Below are positions 26,140-37,200 of a stretch of 64,000 nt of DNA, piece by piece. The position numbers and the translations under genes are program-made. The DNA is from Patescibacteria group bacterium. GTDB lineage: Bacteria > Patescibacteriota > Patescibacteriia > UBA9934. Each line of letters starts with the position of its first letter. Within the stretch, counting starts at the first letter, position 1. A model generated the notes under the pieces. The model ran no database searches. It saw only the letters and a program-made list of their open reading frames with translations, and was not told the DNA's origin. Where the stretch lies: contig JBBTSM010000003.1 in NCBI GenBank assembly GCA_038064675.1, positions 102,663 to 166,662 on the forward strand, written 5' to 3'.

Positions 26140-27024
26140 TTATTTTACCCGTTTCGCCAAGTAACAGACCGGCTTTCCGACAGTTTGATGCTCAGGAAGT
26201 ACAGGAAAAACAATAATGCCGTCGCACGGTGCAAATACCGCATCCTGACCACAGTGCCCGATGAGATCGCCACGACGGATGGGATCGAATGACGACGTTC
26301 CTCGGTTATCAGCGAACACAAACGATCGATCGTCTCGAAGAACAGCTTCAAGAATCTCGTACATCGCTCCGTCGAATTCAGGCGGAGAAACCTTTTCACC
26401 TGAAAATATTCCTACGTCGGTAATATACCGAATTGTCGATTCCATAATCGCAGGAAAAATGGCTGCATCGCCAACCCAGCCCGCCTCAAAACACAAGCCA
26501 ACTTTTCCGAGGCTGTCCGCGTACTCATCTGTCGCGACCGGCACTCCCCCACCAAAAATGTATTGCGGGTCTATAAGAACATTCTTTGGCTCAAACCAAC
26601 GAAACACATTTTGGTGTGCTTGGTCATTTTTCGACGCAACGAATGGAATGGAAGGAATATTCATGGCGTGAATATCGATAACGACATCCGCGTGGCGAAT
26701 ATATTCCGCGATCGTTATTGTGCGCCGAAACTCATAGCTTCCATTATCGTGAGCACGTGCTTCCGCAGAATACAACCGATTCATGTCCCGACCGCCTACC
26801 GCACGAACGTTCTCTGCGATTGCCATTTGATTCGCCAAAATCAGTGTCAGTGTTCCAGCGGAAACCGAGCGTTTCCCGGAACGAAGATCTTCGCGAAGCT
26901 GTTTCACGATTTCGATTCCTGTTCGTTCATTGCCATGTGTTCCTCCAACAATAAGAACGGATAGGCCAGGAGCCGATCCTTCAGCGGAAAAAATATCATC
27001 GTGATCAACAATGTTCATACTCAT
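26140..27024 (-). CDS. Succinylglutamate desuccinylase/aspartoacylase family (M14-like) protein
   Basis: GGTHGNE, DMNR, IDIH, FEAG; start MSMNIV at 27024. Confidence 0.85.
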   Translation of the reverse strand: MSMNIVDHDDIFSAEGSAPGLSVLIVGGTHGNERTGIEIVKQLREDLRSGKRSVSAGTLTLILANQMAIAENVRAVGGRDMNRLYSAEARAHDNGSYEFRRTITIAEYIRHADVVIDIHAMNIPSIPFVASKNDQAHQNVFRWFEPKNVLIDPQYIFGGGVPVATDEYADSLGKVGLCFEAGWVGDAAIFPAIMESTIRYITDVGIFSGEKVSPPEFDGAMYEILEAVLRDDRSFVFADNRGTSSFDPIRRGDLIGHCGQDAVFAPCDGIIVFPVLPEHQTVGKPVCYLAKRVK

Positions 27025-27084
27025 ACGATGGTAATTGAAAGAACTCCTTGACACAAGAAATGCTTCATGAGATCTTCGTATGGT

Positions 27085-27199
27085 ATGAACATGCAGTTTG
27101 CACAATTGAGCGAAAAGAAGTCTAAGGGAATTTCCCTTAGCGCTTAACGTTGCACACTGCACGAAAAAGCGACTGAGGGGAAACCTTCGTCGCTTTTTT
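27085..27199 (+). promoter_or_regulatory. Structured leader with a short uORF and an intrinsic terminator (candidate attenuator or riboswitch)
   Basis: Stem 27092-27161; terminator AAAAAGCGAC..GTCGCTTTTTT at 27164-27199; uORF 27085-27147; TTGACA at 27048. Confidence 0.45.
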
Positions 27200-27256
27200 G
27201 TTTATACAGAGATACCGTGATTCACCCCTTCACCGTTCGAGGTTCCCGTGTCTACT

Positions 27257-27895
27257 ATGGATGACGACAAGATTTTCCGCCTTCTCTCTGTGGTTGCGGA
27301 AGCAACTGCGTCCACCAGCATCATCGTCAACGGCACGGCGATGGCGCCACTCCTGCCGAAGACTACTGAAGAACTCGCCATCCTCTGGAAGCAGGGTCGC
27401 TCCGCGATCGCTGTCCGCAACGGACGGATTGTCGGCCACGCGTCTGTGGAACCACTCACGAATCGCTGGAACGAGCTCGGTGTCGTGTGGACGGATCCCG
27501 GACTTCGAGAAGAAGGGGGACCACATCGGCATGTGGGGCTCCGGCTCTGCAGTGCGCTCCTCGAGCGTCATCGCGAGAAGTACATCCTCATGACCACGGT
27601 AAACCCGGCCATGATGGTCGTGGGCTGGCGCACCGGTATGGTGCCGATTCGCTACGATCAACTTCCCGAAGCCGCATGGCGCGCCACGTGCTGCTGCCCG
27701 GAAGACAAGACCGGAGTTCCGCGTAAGGAGAACGTGCCACACTGTAGGCTTCGCCTGCTGGGGTGCTTCGTACAAGTGACTTGGGAAACGTGGAATGGGA
27801 TGGACCGACCGGAACCGTGCACGCTGCCGGTTTGCGCACCGACGTCCGCCGTAACCATCCCCCGCGACGACATCAACATTCTCCTTGCAGAATGA
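27257..27895 (+). CDS. GNAT-like acetyltransferase with a Cys-rich C-terminus
   Basis: GRIVGHASV..ELGVVWTDPGLREEG..VGLRLCSALL resembles GNAT motif A. Start GTG 27248 or ATG 27257. Confidence 0.6.
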   Translation: MDDDKIFRLLSVVAEATASTSIIVNGTAMAPLLPKTTEELAILWKQGRSAIAVRNGRIVGHASVEPLTNRWNELGVVWTDPGLREEGGPHRHVGLRLCSALLERHREKYILMTTVNPAMMVVGWRTGMVPIRYDQLPEAAWRATCCCPEDKTGVPRKENVPHCRLRLLGCFVQVTWETWNGMDRPEPCTLPVCAPTSAVTIPRDDINILLAE

Positions 27896-28061
27896 CGCAC
27901 GATCGGCCGCACCCTGGTGCGGCCGATTCGCTATTTCAGCTTCGATATCACGAGGGCTTTCTCATTTGAGGAAGTCCTCCTCTATCTATTCTTTCGCGGA
28001 GCTGCTATGGTGCAACCTCAGATATGGTAGCCTGCTTTATGGCTCCAAAACGCATACTCGT

Positions 28062-28199
28062 ATGACCGACGGCGAAGAAGTGACCACCACAACCGTTCCT
28101 CCAACAGAGCCAGTTGCAGCTCCAGAAGAAGTAACTGAAACGGAAGAAGTTGAAGCTCCAGAAGAAACGGCTCCTGCAACCGAAGAAACAGCGGCGTAG
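28062..28199 (+). CDS. Small acidic low-complexity protein (45 aa)
   Basis: MTDGEEVTTTTVPPTEPVAAPEEVTETEEVEAPEETAPATEETAA*, followed directly by a terminator. Confidence 0.55.
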   Translation: MTDGEEVTTTTVPPTEPVAAPEEVTETEEVEAPEETAPATEETAA

Positions 28200-28207
28200 T
28201 TCATACC

Positions 28208-28240
28208 AAAAGCCCCAGCGAGCGATCGCCGGGGCTTTTT
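28208..28240. terminator. Bidirectional intrinsic terminator
   Basis: AAAAGCCCCAGCGA-GCGA-TCGCCGGGGCTTTTT between convergent genes. Confidence 0.7.
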
Positions 28241-28245
28241 GTATT

Positions 28246-31200
28246 CTACGGCCTTGGCGCTACGGTGTACGGATCGAAGCCATTCAAAATTTCAATATAG
28301 TCCGTGTACCCATCGCCATCTGAATCGAGCGTACTTGATGAATCAAGAGGCGCAGCAATCGTTGGCGTTACGGGCTCTGAAGTCGCACAAGCATTCGTGA
28401 GTCCGGGAGTTACAGCGTATCCCGGAACGTGCATGACGTCGCTTGGGTACGAAACAAGATTGTAAATGCTCTCCGCACGCCACGCGAGGTCCGTCAGCAC
28501 GGCGCCAAAGTGGTAGTTGCGGTAGAACACGTCCTGAATGTCGTCCACCTTCTTGTTCCAGTCGCTGCCGTAAATTGTTGTCGCATCGGTTTCAGACAGC
28601 ACCCAGCGCAAGCTTCCGTCGCTATCCACTGCGTACACCCGAGGATCGGTAATGAACTTCACCAGTCGGCTTCCCGGACGATACGTGACATTTGGACCGA
28701 TTGGCATTGAAGCCATTTCGGACGGCGTCAGAACCGTTACATGATCTTCGCTGCAGAACCACGAATCGTACACATGAGGGTTCGGGAATGCATGACGATA
28801 TCCGTCTGCACCAACGTAGTACACCGTAGTATCGTATTGGCTCTCTGCATTGCTATCATCGGAAAGCTTCACCAGGGAATGGATTTCAACCGACGCTGGT
28901 AGTGATGCAACGCGTGCGGCGATTTCCGCGATTGCTGCACCAGATGCCGTACTGTCATCAACAATAGTTCCTGGATCGACGTTTGATGTCGTCGATGCGG
29001 ATGCAGATACAATGAACGTATCAGAAACTGATCGCGCAAGCACTTGGATAAAGTCCGTTCCTTCAATACGCACCTCTGCGGTTGTCGTCGCTTGATCAAG
29101 GGTAATCGTCGTTGATCCCGTGTTCGTCACAAAGTATCGCTGCAGCGCCCATGTTGCTCCTCCATCCAACGAAAGGTACACGTTGACTGCTGGAATGCTT
29201 CCTGTCCATACCCACGTCACGCTCATCGCCCCAAAGCCGTATGTTGCATTAGCGGTTGGCTTTCGTAGGCTGATGGTTGGCGACGTTGATGTACCGCCGC
29301 CTCCCCCTCCGCCTCCACCGCCCCCTCCACCACTTTCGCCGGTGGATACTGGATCGTTGTCCGTTACTGTCACAGGTACTCCTTCAATCGTCAGCGCGGC
29401 GTACGTGGAATCCGCAGAAGAAACAACGTGCAGAATGGAGTGAACCTCTGCACCCTCGATTGTTGAATCATCAACTGCGGAAACCGTGACCGCTTGTGGA
29501 GTGCTCCAGTTTTCGGCGGTGAACGTGAGCTGACTGACGCTTGTTGTGACGTCACCGTCGCCAATCATGAACACCGAGACATTCGCCGTTGGCTGGCTCT
29601 TCAGCACAATGGTGTATGCGTCCTGGGCTCCGCCTTCTGTTACCGCTGTGGCGTCTTCGCTTTGGACCACGGTGAATCCCGGCGTGTCGTTGTCGGTATT
29701 TGAAAGTGAAAGATCTGCAGGATTGATTGCGGCATACACCGCATCAACCGAGACTGCTGTTGCAAGAATAATGTTGTACGCCACCGTGCCGTCGTTTACC
29801 ACATCATCTATACCCGTTACCGTAATCGTCTGCGGCACATTCCAGTTTACCGACGTGAATGTTGCCGTGGATGCACTCACCGTTCCTTCGGTGGCGTCCG
29901 AACTTGAAATGTCGATACGAACATCTGCGATTGGCTCTGACGTGAGAACGAGCGTGAAAGTTGCTGTTGCGCCAGCCTCCGAGGTGTTCCCAGAAATGGC
30001 TCCAACCGTAATTCCCGCAACGTCGTTATCAGCAACCTGAACGCTCACCGATACAACGACAAGAGCATCGAACAATACATCAGATGAATACGTCGTGTGA
30101 TCGATACTATGCGTATGCGTTCCTTGAGCGATTACATCGTCCGTAACAGAAATGGTGACTGTCTGTGGGGTGTTCCAGTTTCCCGAAGTGAATGTCAAAA
30201 TTGATACATCCGTTGCGACCGGTGCGGCTGCAGTAAGATTCACCGTAACATCTGACGATGGCTGTGCAGAGAGAACCAATGTGTATGTATCTGTTGCACC
30301 AACTTCGGTAACCGCCGATGCCCCGCCCGACTGCGTTACGAGAACCGACGCGGCATCATTATCCGTATTCGTCACGGAAACGTCTGTTGGGTTCAATTCT
30401 GAATATGCTGGATCAGTTGACGTCATTGCACCAAGAACCACCGCATACACCACATCGCCATCCACAACAACGTCGTTCATACCCGTCATTGTGATGGTCT
30501 GTGGAATACTCCAGTTTCCCGAAGTAAACGTGAGCGATAGCGTGGAAAGCATTCCTTCGGCCTCATTCGATGAAGAAAGTGGAATTGTGACGTCTGCCGA
30601 TGGCTGCGAATTGAGGACGACGGTAAACGTTGCTGTTCCGCCGGCTTCCGTGGTGTTCCCTGACGACGGCGACACCGAAACTCCAACCGCATCATTGTCC
30701 GTGTTTATTACGCTCACATCAGCAGGATCAAGCGCGTTGTAGTTTGTGTCCGCCGATGTCGCAGCACCAAGAACAATTGAATACGCCACAGGTCCATCAA
30801 CCGCACCGTCGTCCACACCGGTCACGGTAATGGTTTGCGGTGCATTCCAGTTTTCCGACGTAAATATCACTGTCGCCGGCAAAACCGTTCCTTCATTCGT
30901 GGCGCTCGATGAAATGTCGAATGTCACATCTGCAGTCGGCTGTGTGTTGAGGACGATCGTAAAAGTTGCAGTAGCGCCAGCTTCTGTGGTGTCTCCGGAA
31001 ATTGCGCCAATCGTCGCAGCAGCAACATCGTCGTCGGTGTTCGTTACCGATACATCCGATGGATTGATGCCGTTATACAGCAGATCATCCGAAGTCGCTG
31101 CACTCGTCACAATTGCGTACACGATATTTCCATCGATCGTTGAGTCGTTCGCGCCAGTTGCAGTGACGGTTTGCGGTGTACTCCAATTCCCTGTCGTGAA

Positions 31201-34200
31201 TGTCAACGATGCTGGAGATACCGTTCCTTCGGTAAGGTCCGAGCTCGTCAGCCCGATTGTAACGCTTGCAGTTGGTTGCGCATTGAGCACTATGGTGAAC
31301 GTTGCAGTGCCGCCGGCTTCTGTGGTGTCGCCAGAAATCGCACCGAACGTGAATCCAGAAACATCATCGTCCGTGTTCGTTGCTGAAATGTCTCCCGGAT
31401 TCAATCCGTTGTATGGAGAATCTGCAGACGACGCTGCTGCAGTGACAATCGTGAACGCAATATCCCCATCATCAAGATCGTCATTCACACCGGTAACGGT
31501 TACTGTTTGTGGTGTGTTCCAATTTCCCGAGGTGAATGTTTTTGATGTCTGTACTGTTCCTTCGGTGGTATCCGAACTTGAAAATCCAACGGTAACGTCT
31601 GTTGTTGGCTGCGTATCGAGAACAATCGAGAAGGTTGCGGTGCCGCCAGCCTCGGTGGTGTTCCCCGAAATTGTTCCCACAGTAATTCCCGCGGTGTCGT
31701 CGTCTGTTGTTGAAACAGAAACGTCCGATGGATTCAATCCGTTGTAATTTGTATCGCTCGACGTTGCTGCTGCGGTAATGATCGAGTATGCCACCGTTCC
31801 GTCGTCAATAACATCGTCTACACCGGATATGGTAATCGTCTTCGGCGTATTCCAGTTCCCCGTTGTGAATGAAGTGCTTGCAACAACCGTGCCTTCGGTG
31901 GCATCCGAGCTCGAAAGATCGATCGTCACACTTGCCGTCGGTTGTGCGTTCAACACAATAGTGAATGTTGCGGTGCCACCGGCTTCGGTGGTATTCCCAG
32001 AAATCGCGCCAACCGAGAAACCAGAAATATCATCGTCATCGTTCACAATAGTCACGTCTGCAGGATTCAATCCGCTGTATGCAGAATCGGCAGACGTGAT
32101 AGCTCCAAGAAGTGCGCTGTACGAAACATCGCCATCGTCGAGATAATCATTCACGCCAGTCACCGTCACCGTCTGTGGCGTGGACCAATTTCCCGACGTA
32201 AAAGTGAGCGATGCAACGCCGACCGAACCTTCCGTTGCGTCTGAAGACGAGAGCGGGATCGTCACGTCGGCAGTTGGCTGTGCGGTAAGTACAACCGTGA
32301 ACGTTGCAGTCGCTACCTCGTCTTCGCTTGTGTGACCAGAAATCGCCGATGCCGTTGCGCTAGCCGTGTCGTTGTCCGTATTTGTGACCGACTCATCCGA
32401 AGCATTAATGCCGTTGTAGTTGGTGTCGGCTGATGTTGCCGCAGCGGTCACAATTGCATACACAACATCGCCGTCGTCGATAAGATCATCAACACCAGTT
32501 ACCGTTACGGTTTGTGGCGTGCTCCAGTTCCCCGTCGTGAATGTGAGCGATGATGGAGAGACGGTTCCCTCAGTCGTGTCGTTCGACGTGAGACCAACGG
32601 AAACGCTTGCCGTTGGCTGCGCGTTGAGGACGATGGTGAATGTTGCGGTTCCGCCAGCTTCCGTGGTGTTTCCGGAGATTGCTCCGAGCGTAAATCCTGA
32701 TGTGTCGTTGTCGGTATTTGTCACGGCAATGTTTGCTGGATTGATGCCATCGTAGTTGAGATCGGCGGATGTTGCCGCTGCGGTAACAATCGAGTATGCA
32801 ATGTCACCGTCGTCAAGATCATCGTTCACGCCAGTGACCGTGATCGTCTGTGGCACGCTCCAGTTTCCTGATGTGAATGTTACTGATGCCGGAGAGACGG
32901 TTCCCTCAGTGGAATCTGAGCTCGAGATCGCTACAGAAACATCGGCAGTTGGTTGCGCCGTGAGAACGATCGTGGCCGTTGCAGTAGCGCCAGCTTCCGT
33001 AGTATTGCCCGAAATCACGGATACCGTAACGCCAGCGACATCGTTATCGTCATTCACCACCGTCACATCCGATGGATTCATTGCGTTGTACAACAGGTCG
33101 TCCGATACCGCCGCGGCCGTCACGATCGAGAACGAAATATTTCCGTCGATGACCACGTCATCAACGCCAGTAATCGTCACCGTTTGTGGCGTAGACCAGT
33201 TCCCCGTCGTGAATGTGAGCGATGATGGAGAGACGGTTCCTTCCGTGGTGTCGTTCGATGATAAGTCAATGGAAACGCTTGCAGTTGGTTGAGCGTTCAA
33301 CACGATAGTGAATGTCGCGGTGCCGCCAGCTTCTGTGGTGTCCCCCGAGATGACTGAAACGGTGAAGCCGGAGGTGTCGTTGTCTGTATTGGTAACACTC
33401 ACATCGGCAGCGTTCAGACTGTCATAGTTACCATCCGCAGAAGTAGCAGCCGCGGTAATAATACTATAGGCAATATCACCATCATCAAGATCATCATTTA
33501 CCCCTGTCACGGTAATCGTCTGTGGCGTGCTCCAATTGGCGTTGGTGAATGTAAGGGAGGCAGCAGAAACCGTTCCTTCACTGGTGTCATTTGAAGAAAT
33601 TCCTATCACCACATCACTAGCGGGCTGCGTGTCTAAAACAATTGTGAAGGTGGCCGTGGCTCCAGCTTCGGTGGTATTGCCAGAGATAGCGGAGACGGTT
33701 ATGCCGGCCGGAGTGGAAGAAAACCAATTAGTCGTATTTGTACCCTCAACGGAATTCGCCGGATTAATCGGCGCGCTGACACCCGAAGAATTATCCGTAA
33801 CAATGCTGTCAGTAATATCGAGGTAATCTCCGCTAAACGACGAGGTTCCTTCGAAGTCGAACGTCGACGCCGTGGTAGGAGACGAAGAAACGATGTTTAA
33901 ACGATCTGAAGCATCCAATCCATCAAGCGTTAGCGTTCCATTGATCGTCTGCGTCGAACCTGCTTCGATCGTCAAAACAACATCGGTTGCATTGTCACTG
34001 CTATCCTGCAAGGTCAAAGAATTCCAGCTGGGACTTCCGGTAATGCTGTGGTTGGCGTTGGCATCAAAGGTAACCGTTCCACTATTGTGGGTAAACGTTG
34101 CCGCGCCTTTGATGAAGTTACCAGAAATCGTAGTCAAGGTCGGAGCGGTGAACGTTCCCGTCGTCAACGTGAGTGTTCCGTTGACATCGGCAGTCCCCGA

Positions 34201-37200
34201 ACTTCCGGTGTATGTTCCTCCAGAAAGAGTCAAACCAGCATCAAATGTTTGCGTGGCCGATCCGCCCGTGTAGGTTCCGCCGGAGACAGTCGTCAAACCC
34301 GTGCTTGTGGTCGTCTGCCCGTTAGCATCGTACGTTCCCGACGAAATAGCCAAAGTACCAGCGATAACTTTTGCCCCAGCCGATTGGACAATATCTGCCG
34401 CATCCGTCGTAGCAATGGTGAGGTTGTAGTAATCCGTTGCTCCAAAATCTTTCAACGTGTAGGTATCGGCAGCAGCGTCCCCATCACCAAGGTAGATCCA
34501 GGCTCCCGAATCCGTATCCTGCGTCAAAGAAAGAGATTCTGATCCGATCAAACGAACCGTGTCGCTGTTGCTAAACGTTCCCGTCACGGTAAGACCAAAA
34601 CCCGCCAAGGAAAGAATACCGTTACTAACGGTAAGATTTTCCGCGATCGATGTGGTGGCGGGCAAGGTAAACACCGTCGTCGCCGCCGTCCCGTCGATCA
34701 CGACATTTTTATAGCCGGAATAGTTTTTCAGGGTATAAGGACCAGATGTACCGTAGTAATAAATCGTACTCCCCGCATCCCATTGCGGATACGAAGCGCC
34801 GGTTGTGGTAATTGTCTCTCCCCCTTGGAGCTTCAAGGTTCCTCCGGCGTTGATGATCAGCTTTGAACTTGACGCATTCATGTTGATTGTATTCCCGTTC
34901 AAATCAAGCGTTCCGTTTACTACCGTAACCGTTGTTGTATTTCCGTCATCTAGGGAGGAGTCAAGAATCAAGGAACCGCCGGATTTATCAATGGTGAAGT
35001 TTCCAAGTGCCTTTGCACTTGATTCTGTAAAATGTTGTGTTCCTGATCCGTAAAAACCTACTGTTGCTGCTGAACTAGCAATACTCGCACCCACAGTCAT
35101 ATTTCCGTACAACTGAAATGTCCCTTCTGCAGGTTTCGTCGTTTGCGCAATCACTCCGTTGGTTCCCCCGAGTGATAAATTACCAAGAACAATTAAGGAG
35201 TCACTATTTGAAATAGTTGTTGTGTTGGTGCTCGTCGGATTGACAGAAAGAGTATAGAAAGTCTCCGTGAAATTAACGTTGATCGTTGGGTTTGACCCGT
35301 TCATGCTGACGGATCCATTGTTGTGGTTGAAGATTCCCCCCGCGGTATGCGTCCAGCTCCCGTTAACCGTCATGGTTGCTGTTGTTGCGTTGAATGTTCC
35401 TCCAGCAATAACAACAGAACCGAGAGTAACGCTCGACGCCCCAAAGTTGATTGTTCCGCCATTATGGGTATAGGTACTATTTGGAGTAAAGCCAAGGTCG
35501 GCGGTATTCCAAGTTCCGTTAGTGAACGTAAACGTTCCGACGGTGATCGCTGTTGATTGCGTAACGGAACCAGCACTTTTATCTATGGTGAATGTTCCCG
35601 AGAATCCCGAAGGAATGCTCCACACTTGATCCGCTGTGCCCGTCAAAGAAATTGTCCTCGAACCAGGGAAGGAACTCCCACTTCCAGTAATATCTCCCCT
35701 TAACTCAAGCGTTGCTGCCAACGCACCGCCACCAGCGTTACTAAAATTAAATGTGTGCGCGATAATTAACGTCCCTCCGGTAACGGTTCTTGTATTTGAA
35801 TTTGTGACGGAGAATGTCGCGTTGTAAAAAATATCTTGATCAACAACCGTAATGGTCGAGCTTCCACCCGTTGATGAAAACGTACCGCTTCCGTGGTTAT
35901 AGGTTCCGCCGGAATGAGTCCACGTTGTCGAGATAGCTGTCGTTCCACTGGTTGCTGTGTAGGTACCACTAGAAAGCGTGTACGTGGAGTGCGTCACCGT
36001 GTCGCTTCCTCCGGTAAAGATTCCGCCGGATTGGTTGTAGGCTCCGGAAAAAGTCATGGCGTATCCGGTTGCGTCGATCGTTCCCGCCTGAAGGTTTACT
36101 GCGCTAAATGTGAGAGTTCCTGTACCCGTTCCGCTGAAGGTAAAATTGGCGTTGTTGAGCGTCACCGTGCTGGCGAGCGCGGCTTGTCCGCCGTTGAGCG
36201 GGAGGTTCTGGGTGTTGGTGCCGTCGATAAGAAGTATGCCGCCTCCACCATCCCATCCAGAATTGAGCGAAATGGTACTCGTTGCCTCGACCGTACCCGT
36301 TCCAAAACCACCGTTGGTAAGGGTGAGCGTACCGGTAGCAACAAGTGTATCTCCAGATGAAACGGTCAATAACGTCGAACCATTTTTCGCAAGCTCAAGG
36401 TTATTAAATGTTTCTGTTGTCGCGACGTTTGTTGTAGAAGCTGAACCGGAAAACCTTACAGAACCACTGTTGTGGGTAAATGTTCCCGTGCCAGCCGTAT
36501 GCGTAAACCCGGCGCTAAAAGTGGTTGTCCCACTCGTAGCGGTATACGTCGCTCCTGGGCCACTCAGCGTAAAAGCGCCGGTGTGGGTTACTGCATTGAT
36601 TCCACCAACAAAGACACCATTGGATGATTGATCAAATGTGGAACTAAAGGTTGTCGTGCCCGAACCGGACGTTGGGGCATTGTAGGTTCCTCCGCTTAAA
36701 GCAACCGCCCCCGAAAACGTCACGGTTGCGGTGTTGGCATTAAAGGTACCCGCAGACATGGTCAATGCTCCCACTGCAACCGTTCCTGTACCAGATGTGT
36801 TAACCGTAGCGCTCGTGTTTGTGACGCTCAGGTTTACAGCCGTATTTCCTGAAGTAAGTGTTGCTGTAACGGTGGCTGATCCTCCAAGAAGAAGCGTTCC
36901 TGTTCCTCCATCAAACGTAGAGGCCCAACTTGTTGTTCCACGCGCGTCCCAGGTTCCGGTCGTCAGGTTACCGTCGGTAAGCGTGCTCGTACCAGTCACA
37001 ATCATCGTATCTCCAGAGGCAATCGTAAGACTCGTTGCTGTGGTTTTATTGAGCGTGACGTTATTAAACGTTTCACTAGTGGCGAAATCAAATGTTCTTG
37101 TACTCCCCCCTGTAATATTCACAGCACCACTTGCTTGAGAGAACGTTCCCGTTCCGGCTGTGTGGGTGAAGTTACTACTAAAAATTGTTGTGCCGATACT

